The notes beneath the pieces are model-generated. The model saw only the letters and a program-made list of their open reading frames with translations, was not told the origin of the DNA and made no database searches. DNA of 64,000 bases from Rhina ancylostomus (Eukaryota): contig JARFYF010000052.1 of NCBI GenBank assembly GCA_030265395.1, forward strand, positions 75,784,240 to 75,848,239. Direction: 5' to 3'. A program made the translations under genes and the position numbers. Of the stretch, positions 1-12,658 are shown in pieces. Positions within the stretch are counted from its first letter, which is position 1. Every line of letters begins with the position of its first letter.

Positions 1-539
1 GGACATCAAGGGGGGCCTCAACATTGGGACTCAGCCCCGGGTGCTCCATAGTGTCTGACTTGTGATCCAGAAGAGCCCTGGTGTCAGATCCTGGCATCAG
101 GCATCCCTGCAGGTCAGGCCTCCTGTCAGTTTGGCCCTCAGGACTCAGTCTATATGCCAATATAGGAATCAGTGTAACATGGAGTTGCTACATGTCCTCA
201 GAGAGAATGGGATTGTTCAAAGAAGCAATATTAAGTCTAATTTCACTTCACTCCTCCTTTTTACCCCTCCCCTTGTCTTTTAGCTGCTATGGGAAGTGCT
301 TCCTTGAAGTTGGGTGGTTTGCTATGACCTTAAGGGGCTGTATCTCTAATTATATTGTGTTGTATGGTATACGCAATACCTGCAGTTCAGCTACAGATTT
401 ATTTGCCATGAATAAAGGTTATGTTTACTTGGTGCTCCCAGCCATTATAAACGTCAAATCTAAAATACTAGAAGGATTCACAATGTGCCACATCCCTGGA
501 TATATGTCATGTTATTGACTACCTTTAGAACTCCTTTTC

Positions 540-782
540 AGCCAGCATCATTCCTGATCTCCACCCAATCATAGACCTTCCCTTTTTGTTTTCTTCCACC
601 AACAACCCCTTTTATTACATCTTAAAACTCGCTTCATTTTTGACATTTCCCAGTTCTGATGAAAGGTCACGAACCTGAAGTATTAACTCTGCTTCTCTCA
701 TCATAGGTGCTGCTGCAGCTGAAGGCTTCCTGAAGTATCTGTTTTCACTTCATATTCCCAGCGGCTGCACTATTTTGTTTTA
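540..782 (+). mobile_element. Degenerate Penelope-like element 3' tail (pLTR)
   Basis: Pyrimidine-rich tract followed by cagttCTGATGAaaggtcacgaacctGAAG and the tail shared with the GIY-YIG-bearing copy at 34359-35032. Confidence 0.55.
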
Positions 783-786
783 AGAC

Positions 787-1797
787 CGAATGATACTCAA
801 CACCAGTGCCCCTCAAGGCTGCATCCTCAGCCCCTCACTTTACTCCATACATTCATGACAGGGTGGCCAGATTCTGCTCTAACTTCATCTACAAGTTTGC
901 AGATGATACCACTGTACTAGGCCCAATCTCAAATAACGATGAGTCAGATTATAGAGTCAGGAGATGGAGAGCTTAGTACCATGGTGTCATGACAACAACC
1001 TTTCCCTCAATGTCAACAAAGCAAAAGAGCCGGTCATTGACCACAGGAAGGGAGGCAGTGCACATGTTCCTATCTACATCAATGACGCTGAGGTCAAGAG
1101 GGCTGATAGCTTCAAGTTCCTAGGAGTGAACATCACCAATAACTTGTCCTGGTCCAACCACATGGATGCCATAGCCAAGAAAGTGCACCAGCACCTCTAC
1201 TTCCTCAGGAGGCTAAAGACATTTGGCATGTCCCTTTGACACTCACCAACTTTTATATATGCACCATAGAAAGCATCACATCTGGATGCATCAGGGCTTG
1301 GTATGGCAACTGCTCTCCCCAAGACTGCAAGGAACTCAGCACATCATGGAAACCAGCCTCCTCTTCATGGATTCTGTCTGCACTTCTTGCTGCCTCAGTA
1401 AGGCAGCCAACAAAATCAAAGAACCCACCCCGGATTTTCTCTCTTCTTCCCCCCTCCCAGAGGATAGTAAAGTAGGGGGCTGGGAANNNNNNNNNNNNNN
1501 NNNNNNNNNNNAAGGACAGCTTCTATCCTGCTGCTATAAGACTATTGAACCATTCCCTAGTACGATAAGATGGACTCTTGACCTCACAATCGACCTTGTT
1601 ATGGCCTTTGCATCTTATTGTCTGCCTGCACTAAACTTTCTCTGTAACTGTAATACTCTAGTCTGCAGTCTGTTATTGTTTTTCTTTTAAACTACCTCAA
1701 TGCACAGATGTAATGAAATGATCTGTATGGATGGCATGCAAAACAAAGTTTTTCATTGTACTTCAGTACATGTGACAATAATAAACCAATTTACCAA
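787..1797 (+). mobile_element. Rex1/Babar-type LINE, 5'-truncated, frameshifted RT C-terminus and 3' UTR
   Basis: Translates to LNTSAPQGCILSP..., IYKFADDTTV, WCHDNNLSLNVNKAKE, FKFLGVNITNNLSWSNH, KKVHQHLYFLRRLK. Ends aataaaccaatttaccaa. Confidence 0.9.
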
Positions 1798-1804
1798 GTT
1801 ACTC

Positions 1805-2720
1805 ACTGGAGTATTGAAGAATGAGAGGGGATCTCATTGAACCATATAAGAATCTGCAAGTATAAGTAGTGAAAGGCTAATTCCTCCAGCTGGATATCTG
1901 GAATGACAAGGGCTAGTGTTCAGGATGAGGGATCGGTCATTAGGGACTGATAGGTGGGCTGGCAAACTGCGAGGAAAAGAGCATGCAAAGGAAAATGGAC
2001 AGGCTAAGTACGTGGTCAAGAAGTTAGCAGATGGAATATGATGTGGGGAAAATATATGGTTATACACATTGGAAGGAAGAATGAAAAATCAAATTATTAG
2101 TTCAACAGAGTGACACTAAAATGTCGTGGTACAAAGGTAGATCCTGGTACTTAAAACACAAGAAGTTACCTTGCAGATCCAGCATAATGATTAGGAAGGC
2201 TAATAGAATGTTGGCCTTCATTACAAGGGGTATGGAGTATAAAAGTAAGAGAAGTTTACATGCAATTTTACAAGGCACTAGTGATGCTACACGTGGAGTA
2301 CTGTCAGTTTTGGTCTCCATATTTAAGGAAGGATATACTTACATTGGAGACGGTGCAGAGAATGTTCACTGGGTTGAATCATGGGATAATGGGATTGTTG
2401 TATGAAGAAAGACTGAGCTGGTTAGTGCCATATTTATTGGAATGTAAAAGAATGAGGTGATCTTACTAAAACGTATAAGATTCTAAGGGTGAATCTGAAA
2501 GGAGGTTTCCCCTTATAGGGATTTCTCAAACTAGGGGAGGGGACAATAAGGAATTGCCCATTTCAGATAGCAATAAGGAGGAATATCTTCTCTCAGAGAG
2601 TTGCGAATCTTTGGAAATCTCTACCTAGAGAAATGTGGAGTCAGATCCACTGGGTACGTTCAGGGCAGAGACTGACAGAGATTTGAATGACAAGGGAATC
2701 AGGTATGTAAAGAGAGCAGC
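1805..2720 (+). mobile_element. CR1 LINE 3' fragments
   Basis: IRKANRMLAFITRGMEYKS and YKALVMLHVEYCQFWSPYLRKDILTLETVQRMFT are CR1 RT C-terminal motifs, with stops and frameshifts. Confidence 0.85.
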
Positions 2721-4329
2721 AATNNNNNNNNNNNNNNNNNNNNNNNNNNNNNNNNNNNNNNNNNNNNNNNNNNNNNNNNNNNNNNNNNNNNNNNNNNNNN
2801 NNNNNNNNNNNNNNNNNNNNNNNNNNNNNNNNNNNNNNNNNNNNNNNNNNNNNNNNNNNNNNNNNNNNNNNNNNNTGCACAATTTAGAAAGACATAGAAA
2901 TCCAATGGAAGCAGTTCCTTACTATCCCACATTAACTTCCCACACTCAGACTTGTGAACTCTATGCTGTTTTTAAATAGTTATGACTTTGCCTCTCTTTT
3001 GACCAGATGTACGAATGAATGTGCGATGAACTTAAAGAACCAGTACTTAGTTATAGGAGGCAGATTTTCCAGCATTTGCAAAGATTCGCTTTACAATTCA
3101 CAAGTGTTACCAGGTCAGCAAGGCACAATTTCATAAATGCCTTTACCGCAAAAGGAAAGAGTGGAGAAATATTGCTGAAATTGCTATGTACACTGTTGTA
3201 ATGAATGCATACAAAATGAAAGTGTTTAGGATATTGGAATTCTTTATTCAATTAGTATACAGACATCAATTTTTAATTGAAAAGATAAAATATTTCAATA
3301 AGGATTGAGTTATTTGAAGTAATCATTTATCTCTTCTAGTTGTTGATTTACAATATAAATGGTGGAACCTCCCCTTTAACAGCACAATAATCTGCAGCCA
3401 GATCCTGACAGAGAATATTTATGCAAGGGGCATTTGAAATTATAAAAAACAGCAATGTAACTGAGCAATGCAATGGTTATTTATGGCCACAGTGATGAGT
3501 GTTAGGTGATACTTGCTGAATTTCTAATTGTTGCAAATGCAGCTTGCTATCTCACAGCACAGATAGAACTGATGAATAAGAGATTGTTGGAGCATTGCTG
3601 TTTATGCTTTGTCAATATTGCCCATTTTTCTAGATAATGCATTGTAAATGCAGAGCAGCAGTACACAAAACAGGTCAGTTGGCAATAACGACTTAGATCA
3701 ATAGCAATCATTGTTACTGTCTACCATTCCCATTACTGATTGACCTATTTTATACAGCCTGCTTCTTTACATGAATCGTTTTAAGTTGTCAACACACTAT
3801 ATCAATATAAAGTCAGTCTCTTTCGGCAGCTTTTAACTAGTCACTGCTGTGAACATTTTGTTGTGGGCATTTGCAAAGATCAGTGTCAAAAGGTCAGTAC
3901 TTGATAAATATATACGGAAGCCACAATTTCCAAGAAGGTTGTATGTCAGTGAAAGAAAACAGAATGGAGAAATACTGCTCTGATTGCTGTGTGCAGTGAC
4001 AGTGTGGAAGCATTCAAAAATAAACTGTTTACTTTTGTTACATAAAAAGACTAGATTTTAATACTTCACATCAAGGAAATTATTATTGGTATCTAAATCC
4101 AATCAGAAACACAAATGAATTTCAGAACCACAATTAAGTATACATGAGTTACTTCCATTTAAACTTTCAGTTGGAGACTGTTGTCTTTTTTTTATAGAAC
4201 ACTGGTTCTATTTAATCCAATTTCCGACTTCCACCCCAAAAAAAGCTTCCATAGGGATATTGCTTCATTATTTTGATGTTCAATGCACATAAACTGTTTC
4301 AGCAGCAATTCCATGCTATATATCACTAT

Positions 4330-4702
4330 GAAAAACATGATGATGCTAGAGGAACTCAGCAGGCCAGGCAGCACCCGTGGAGAAAAGCAGGCGGTCAACG
4401 TTTCAGGTCAGGACCCTTCTTCAGGACTGAAGATAGGAAAAGGGAAGCTCAATATATAGGAGGGAAAAGCAGAGCAGTGACAGGTGAACAAAAGAGGGGA
4501 GGAGGGGTGAGCACAGGGTGGTGACAGGTAGATGCAGGTAAGATATAGTGATAGGCAGGTGTGCGGGAGGAGCTTCTGACCTGAAACATTGACTGCCTGC
4601 TTTTCTCCACAGATGCTGCCTGGCCTGCTGAATTCCTCCAGGATCATCATGTTTTTCCATGTTTTTCATCCAGATTCCAGCATCTGCAGTCCTTCGTTTC
4701 TC
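4330..4702. mobile_element. Penelope-like tail pair in inverted (fold-back) arrangement
   Basis: 4330-4411 is the near reverse complement of 4576-4657. Both are copies of the PLE terminal sequence. Confidence 0.8.
4392..4429 (-). ncRNA. Putative minimal type I hammerhead ribozyme, core intact
   Basis: Minus strand reads cagtc-CTGAAGA-a-gggtcctgacct-GAAAC-GTT-gaccg: stem I, CUGANGA box, stem II hairpin, GAAA box, NUH triplet, stem I partner. Confidence 0.6.
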
Positions 4703-5859
4703 CAATATGCCACTGAGTATCCGTCTTGCAGGGAAATAGTTTACACCCATTTCAAATCAGAAATTTTGACAAATCATAAAAACCAGGATCAACAACATAC
4801 AAAAGAAAGATACTAAGAATATTGAAAATGTAACATTTATTGAATATTAAGAAATGTTAACTAAAGAAGATCAATATATTACTTGCATAAGTGTGGATTA
4901 TTCATTTTACCTGGTAATATGGGATGGTAATATAGTAAAGATCTACTTGGATATGAAATTAAAATCCCAACTCTAACCAAATTGCAATCAATCTGAATCT
5001 GACCCAAACCTGAATACTTATAATTCTTCTTCCATACCCAAACTGATAATTGACATATACTTAACATCAAACTTGTTCTCATGGTAAGCCTAAGCAAACC
5101 AACCTGAGCCGGATAGTATTAAACTAGGCCAGCATGACACACCTCTAGCCAACCAAAACTCAAATATGTTATCAGAATATATACCCAACTCAACTTGATC
5201 TAAACTTGACACATATAATCCAATTCTATTCTGTTCAGATCAAACAGTCAAGCTTCAGTCAGTAGTTTGTTTTAATATCTTACAGCAAACGTTGTAATTA
5301 TTATTTTTATGTGAAGTACAGGCATTTTGGTAGAGGGAAGCTTTTCTATCATTTCAACCTGTGCCAGCATTGCCACTCTGCCAGACTGAGCTGCTCTATT
5401 ACCAGTTTCATGCTTTTATCCTTAAGCCTGTCAATGATGATGACCACAGACGTTATTCTTTAATTAATTTTAGATACCTGCCTGATTTCCCCTTCTCTGG
5501 TCCAGTCACAGATTTTGTTTGATGATGTTTATGTAAAGCACTTCCATCTCTTTATTCCATAAATTGCAGAGTGTAGATGAGACTTGTAGGTAAACACAGT
5601 TTGAGTATTGACCTTTGAACTGATGATTTCAGGGAAAACTGGGTAAGTAAAACTCCATTTGTTCTATAAATAAGAACCACAAACATTTTCAAAACAGTGA
5701 GGTTGAGAATCTGACTGCAGATAAATTCACATATTGCTTATCTAATTTTACACCAGAAAAAATTTACACCAGATATAGAGAACAAGATGTCAATGATGAC
5801 CATGCCATTGAATGTAAATTACGTAACAAACAACGATCTAACTTTATCGTGAGGTAAGA

Positions 5860-6760
5860 AACCCAGAAATGAAAGTAGGGGTAGGTCCTTCAAGCTGATC
5901 TGCCATCCTGTAAGGTCATGGTTGATCCATTATCTTATTTCATTTCCCACTAAGTTCACATATCCCTTGAGTATCTTAGTGCCCAGACATCTGTGGATCT
6001 CAACCTTGAATATGTTCAATGATCCACACCCCTATAAGGCAAATATGTCCAAAGATCTACAGTCTTTGCATAAAGGTTTTATTTTCATCCCTCTCAATCT
6101 AAACTGGCTCTTTTCTGAATTTTTTTTTCAATTTTTTTGGGCATCACTGACAAGGCCAGCCTTTATTGCCTATCCCCAATTGTACTTGAGAAGATAGTGG
6201 TGAGGCACCTTTTTGAACTGTGGCAGGAACTGAGTGGATTACTAGACCACTAAAGAGTCAATCTCCTGGGATGGTACTGGAGTCACACGTAAGCCAGATC
6301 ATATAAGTTTGGCAGTTTTCCTCCCCTGAAGGACGTTAGAGAGGCAGATGGATTTTTATTAAAATCTGATAGTTTTTGTATCATCCTTACCAAGAATAGT
6401 TATTGCCATTTTTCCAAATTATTCACTGAATTTGTTTAAATTCCATAACTGCAAAGTGGAATTTGAACTCAGGGCCATCCAGGCCTTTGAATTATCAATA
6501 CAATAATTTAAATGCAGTGCCACCACTGAACCCATAATACCCTGTTGTCCCCTTGTTCTAAACTTTTCAACTGGAGGAAGCAACCTCTCAGCATTTACTC
6601 GTCCATCCCATATTTCTATATGAGATAACCTCTCAGTCTTTTCAACTCCAGCGGGAATAGACAAATCTTATCCAATTCTGAATCAAAGGACAAGTTGCTC
6701 ATCCCAGTGCAACAAGCTGGTAATCAATGCTGCACTGACTCCAACCTAAATATATTTGTC
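5860..6760 (-). mobile_element. Degenerate CR1 3' fragment interrupted by an older tRNA-type SINE (~6125-6530)
   Basis: Minus-strand HIEIWDGRVNAERLLPPVEKFRTRG is CR1-like. The insert has a B-box-like GAGTTCAAATTCC on the minus strand near 6458-6470. Confidence 0.55.
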
Positions 6761-9700
6761 ATTCTCTTTGGATAGGTCCAAGTCTACATTTTTGTCATAG
6801 AACAAAATAAAGACCATTGTACTTGTCACTTGGTAGGTCCATTCTTTGGCGGATCTTCAAGTGGCAAGTTCCTCAGTATGACTGGTTTCAATCACATTGG
6901 CAAGGCCCTGCAGAGTATTAGGGCTTTCCGGCATTAATACAATCATATGGTGAGCTCACCGCAAACTTGAGCACAGAACCGCTGAGACGAGCTTTGACAG
7001 CCAATTCATGCATGACCCCTGGCTTTTTCTGGCTGTCAAAACTATAAAAAGCTTGGACTATTTGTGAATGTCTCTGATATTCAGAAAAATTCAAAAGCTA
7101 TCAAAAACTATTAAAAAATTAATCAAAGGATTAAAGCACAAAAATGTTTTAAATTAATTAATAATATTTAAATAAACCAAATCATGTTTTAATTGTAAAT
7201 TATGTAAAACTTCCTTGCCTATCTTCCTGGCTGTCATTTCTCCAGGCCATAACTTATAATCATGTAGATTTCTTTGCAGCTTAGTTAGGAAGTGGGTAAT
7301 CATGATGTAAAGATTCTACATGTGTCAGACACTTGATTAACCACAATCAACAGTGGCTCTCTCATTGTGACTAATGCCATTTCTTGTTGCTAGCAATTTG
7401 CTCAACTGTGCTTTTGAATTTTACATCTCTAACAAAACCAATAATCACTAAAACATATTAACTGACGACCCTGGGCTTGGTCAGATCAGATCAGTCAAAT
7501 TTTAGGTCAGTGTGGACACTGATGAAGATGTCCAAATCTCAGAATTGACCTGCCACAATAACGCAAGTGGAATGAGAAAATATTACTTCACTAGAATCAA
7601 GCACCCCATATGACAATCAATTTATTGCAATGCTATCTTTCTATAAATGCACACAGAATTTTGGATACTTTAATCCCCCTCTTTATTTCCCAAGCCAGTT
7701 TCAGAGTTGCAACTGAGGATGATCATTTCTGGAAATGATGTTTTGATTCTCCTGGCTATGACAATTAATGGAATCTTTTTTCCAACAGTGCAAAGAAAGT
7801 TTGTATAGATTTCGCATGCACCCAACCATAGCATCTTTGGAGAACATAAAAACCGGAAAAATATTTGAGGAAGAATTTCTGAGAAGAGGTGATGTAAGGA
7901 AATTTTATGATGAACTTTAACCTAACAGAACGCGGGTAACTGCATGCCATCCAGAGTTCNNNNNNNNNNNNNNNNNNNNNNNNNNNNNNNNNNNNNNNNN
8001 NNNNNNNNNNNNNNNNNNNNNNNNNNNNNNNNNNNNNNNNNNNNNNNNNNNNNNNNNNNNNNNNNNNNNNNNNNNNNNNNNNNNNNNNNNNNNNNNNNNN
8101 NNNNNNNNNNNNNNNNNNNNNNNNNNNNNNNNNNNNNNNNNNNNNNNNNNNNNNNNNNNNNNNNNNNNNNNNNNNNNNNNNNNNNNNNNNNNNNNNNNNN
8201 NNNNNNNNNNNNNNNNNNNNNNNNNNNNNNNNNNNNNNNNNNNNNNNNNNNNNNNNNNNNNNNNNNNNNNNNNNNNNNNNNNNNNNNNNNNNNNNNNNNN
8301 NNNNNNNNNNNNNNNNNNNNNNNNNNNNNNNNNNNNNNNNNNNNNNNNNNNNNNNNNNNNNNNNNNNNNNNNNNNNNNNNNNNNNNNNNNNNNNNNNNNN
8401 NNNNNNNNNNNNNNNNNNNNNNNNNNNNNNNNNNNNNNNNNTACATTTCAATGTGCTAAAATTGTTATGCAAACTAGTATTAACATATTTGTCAGACATT
8501 CCTTTGTCTTACCAAAGACATGCTCCATTGCAGCAATGATGCAGAAGAATTTCAATCTATTAGCACTTCCTAGAAGAGACTAGGTTTTTCTTTATCATGC
8601 ATTGTTATGATAAATACAATAACTGATGGAAAGCTTAAGTATGTAAAGTAAAAATTATTTCATCTCTAAATCTTATGCACTCTGCTTTACTTCACATGCT
8701 GTACTGGAAATCACTGTTTAACATAAAAAGGCACAAATGACAATAAACATATAAGAGTTATGCAACAACTATCTCTAATGAGTCCTTTCAGACAAAGTAA
8801 ATATACTTTCTCCGTAGTTGCTGCTGGGTGTGCTGAGTAGTTCCAGAGTTTTCTGTTTGGTTTTCAGAAGACCATCATCTATCATACGTTGCTTTTAAAA
8901 TACATTTCCCTATTCTTCAACATATTGTGGCCTTTCACCTTTAGACATAATTTCTACTAACAAGTAAAGATATTGAAATGAATATTCAATAATGGCCAAT
9001 AAAAAAACAATGCCAACAATCACAGAAAATAATGAAGAATGTCAACTGAAGACATGAAGAATGGTGACAGGAATAACCAGATGTTCATGTCAATCTTACT
9101 GATGTGCATTCAACTTGTCAAAAGGAGTTATTTTTTTTTGTCTTCAATTAAAAAAATTGGATGTTTTATATTCAACAAAAGGTGGCGATAGATGGAGTTC
9201 AGATTTTTCATGTNNNNNNNNNNNNNNNNNNNNNNNNNNNNNNNNNNNNNNNNNNNNNNNNNNNNNNNNNNNNNNNNNNNNNNNNNNNNNNNNNNNNNNN
9301 NNNNNNNNNNNNNGATGGAGTTCAGATTTTTCATGTAATATAATTTGTAGATAAGTATGACTAAAATTGAGCAAATACACAAAATGTGAATAAACATCAG
9401 CAGTATTTTATTACATATCTTGGATGATTTCACATTTAGTGAGTTGATTTTTCTGGAACAGTGTACCACATGAGTCATTCCCATAAAATTTTTCCTTTGT
9501 AACTCAAATACAATGTGTTCTTGTATGCAGTGAATTTAATGCACAGTAACTTTATCTTTATATTCTTAGGAGTCACGTTTTATTTTGTTTCAAAAATCAT
9601 GGAGGAATCAGTTATTGCTTGATTTAAATAATGTCAGTGGTCTTAAAGCTCTATGAGATGATAATAATGCATTCTAGATTTCTTTTCCATCTTTTGATAA

Positions 9701-10955
9701 TTGGAGGCATTTTCAATGCAGTTTAAATTCTAAAAATCTGTATCAGATTCAATTGGCAGATCAATATCATAGAGATTCTATTGTCTTTTGATTTCATTTC
9801 AGGACTGTTGGTATCTGCATATGGTGTGTTTTGAGTTGTTAGAGAAAGACGGGTTTTAATTCCTAAGAAGGATTGGCAGAGATTTTGTATTGAAAATCAA
9901 GCAGTTTCTATAATTGATAGTGATCCACAATGTTGGTCTGGGTTGGAAATTCACCAAAGTGCATTTCTTAACCTCCATTAAGGAAAAAAGCAGGAAAGCA
10001 GAATAACTTATCTCCAGACTAACTAACTGAATTGATCAAGAAGGAGAGCAGAATGAAATTTCAGATTGGAACTCAACCACTCTTGTTCCCCAAATTCTAT
10101 GTTTGAATCCAATTCTTGTCCTAAAATGGCAGACTGTAGCAGGACATAGGAAAGAACATACAGGCATTGTAGTATCCAGGCAAGATCTGTTTTACTCATT
10201 CATGGGATGTGGCCAAATGTATAATTAACCGTCCATTCCAGGTTGTTAAGGTACGACCACAATTTGTTAGATAAGTTACTCCTAGATTTTAAGACAGTGA
10301 CAATGATTTTCAATAGAAATATTTCAATAGAAATTTTCTTGAGGCAAACCAGTTTTTATTATTTGGGAAGGATATCAAATAATGTGGGACCAAGTATGAA
10401 TAAATTGTGTTCAGTTACAGATGTTTATGATCTAATGAAATGCACATCAGCTGAATGTTGTCAGTGAACAAATTATTGAAAAAAGTTCTTCAGAATATAT
10501 CCCATTTAGAAAGGTGCAGGCTAATCAAAGACAGTCAGCATGGATTTGTTAAGTGAATGTCATGTCTAAGCACTAGATTGAATGTTTCTGCAGAGGTATA
10601 AAGGAAGGTTAATGTTTGATGTGTTTGAGATGGATTTTAGCAAGGCATCCAGCAAGGCAGATCAATGAGAAAATGGAAGAGCGGTGTATCCAAGTGTGCC
10701 AAAGTTCTATCCAAACTCAAACATAGAAAGTTAAGGGTAATATTTGATGAACGTTTCAGTGACTGAAAAACAACATGCAGAGGGTTCCACAGAACACAAT
10801 GCTAAGTCCATGGCTTTGCAAGGCATGCATCAGTGATTTGAGCTTGCATTGTAGGGACAATGTTTAAAATGTTTGCTGATGATGCCAAAATTGCCAGTGG
10901 GGTTTCTGGTGAAAAGAAAAGGTGTAAATGCAGAAAAATATCAATAGATTGGTCA

Positions 10956-11235
10956 GATATCTTCATTAGTCACATGTGCATCGAAACACACAGTGAAATA
11001 CATCTTTTGCGTAGAGAGTTCTGGGGGCAGCCCGCAAGTGTCTCCATGCTTCCGGCACCAACATAGCATGCCCACAACTTCCTAAACTGTATGTCTTTGG
11101 AATATGGGAGGAAACAGGAGCACCTGGTGTAAACCAACGCAGACACGGGGAGAATGTACGAACTCCTTACAGACAGCAGGTGGAATTGAACCTGGGATTG
11201 CTGGCACTGTAAGCGTTACACTAACCGCTACACTA
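10956..11235 (-). mobile_element. tRNA-derived V-domain SINE
   Basis: Minus strand has a B-box GGTTCAATTCC, the V-SINE core ggagttcgtacattctccccgtgtctgcg and a gtgactaatgaag tail. Homologous to the copies at 41393, 46316 and 46701. Confidence 0.85.
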
Positions 11236-11329
11236 AAGGAAAGGCAAATGGAATTCAATCTACAGGACTGTGCAATGATTCCTTGGGGATAACATAAGAA
11301 GACACAAACATATGGACATATAAACTGGG

Positions 11330-11650
11330 AGCTGGAATAAATCACACAGCTCCTTAAATCTGCTCCATTATTCAATAAGATTAGAGCTAATCCATTTGTA
11401 ATTGGATTAACTCAATATTTCCACCTATCCCCAGTTGCATTTCACTCCATTGCTTATCAAAAATTTACCTAATTCTAGCTTAAATATATGCTTCTCCCAC
11501 CCTTTGAGGAATGAGTTCCAAAGTCTCATATCCCTCCAAATGAAAAAAAAATTGCCTCATCTGTGTCTTAAATGGGCAAAATCCCTTATTTTTAACCAGT
11601 GAGCCCTGGTTCCAGATTCTCTCTATATCTACTATGTCAAGACCCCACAG
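11330..11650 (-). mobile_element. CR1 3' end fragment nested in opposite orientation
   Basis: Minus-strand LDIVDIERIWNQG...PFKTQMRQFFF..GYETLELIPQRVGEA resembles the CR1 ORF2 end. Confidence 0.65.
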
Positions 11651-11884
11651 GCTGTGAATAAGAAGAGAATACGTGATCAATGTTATAATACTGTGAAGTA
11701 TGGAAGAATGGAGACAAGTTAGAATGCATGTCCACAAATCCCTCAAAGTAAATGATAAGATAGCTAAGAAGGCATACAGAATAATTATCTTTATTGGTTA
11801 AAAAATAGAATCTAAGAACAGGAAGATCATGCTAACTCACTATAAAACATTAATTAGTCTGGCTACCACTACTGAAAGCACCAA

Positions 11885-12308
11885 CATGAGGCGCTACCTC
11901 AGGAAGGCGACATCTATCATCAAGGATCCCCACCATCCAGGTCATGCCCTCTTCTCACTGCCACTGTCGAGCAGGAGGTGCAGAAGCCTGAAGTCCCACA
12001 CCACTAAGTTCAGGAGCAGCTACTGTCCTGCAACCATCAGGTTCTTGAACCGACCTGCGTACCCTAACCCTGCCTCAGCAACAAATCACTGTGGACCACC
12101 TCTTGCACTACTGTGGACTTGTCTCTGATTGTGTATTTTTTTGCATCAATGTCTTGTTTTGCACAGCCATTTTTCTTCACTGTCTTATATAATTTCTGTT
12201 CTGTGCGTTGTCTAAATCTACGTGCCTGTGATGCTGCTGCAAGCAAGTTTTTTTTATTGTACCTGTACCACACCGTGCTTGTGCATATGACAATAAACTT
12301 GACTTGAC
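11885..12308 (+). mobile_element. Rex1/Babar-type LINE 3' end
   Basis: RYLRKATSIIKDPHHPGHALFSLPLSSRRCRSLKSHTTKFRSSYCPATIRFLN, then a 3' UTR ending caataaacttgacttgac. Confidence 0.85.
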
Positions 12309-12621
12309 ATACTACTGGATGAATGTAAAAGTACTGGAGAAGATGCTGAGAAAATTTAAAAAGAAGACATAGAAGACTGCAGATGCTGGAATCTGGAGCA
12401 AAAAATGAGCTGCTGGAGGAACTCAGCAGGTCAGGCANNNNNNNNNNNNNNNNNNNNNNNNNNNNNNNNNNNNNNNNNNNNNNNNNNNNNNNNNNNNNNN
12501 NNNNNNNNNNNNNNNNNNNNNNNNNNNNNNNNNNNNNNNNNNNNNNNNNNNNNNNNNNNNNNNNNNNNNNNNNNNNNNNNNNNNNNNNNNNNNNNNNNNN
12601 NNNNNNNNNNNNNNNNNNNNN

Positions 12622-12655
<34 letters not shown>
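12622..12655. repeat. (CA)n microsatellite
   Basis: Perfect CA run adjacent to a gap. Confidence 0.95.

Positions 12656-12658
<3 letters not shown>

Noticed and set aside
1-178. Possible LTR end (…gtgtaaca) at the window edge
   Set aside because: Truncated by the window and with no second copy or TSD to confirm it.
7765-8499. Long ORFs in the track that span N runs (also 12064-12914, 39750-40127, 54492-55508, 59287-60147)
   Set aside because: Their length comes from X residues across assembly gaps.
9191-9336. Direct repeats flanking 100-N gaps (also ~32050-32175, 35851-36052, 46378-46607)
   Set aside because: Identical sequence on both sides of a fixed-size gap indicates unmerged contig overlap, not biological duplication.
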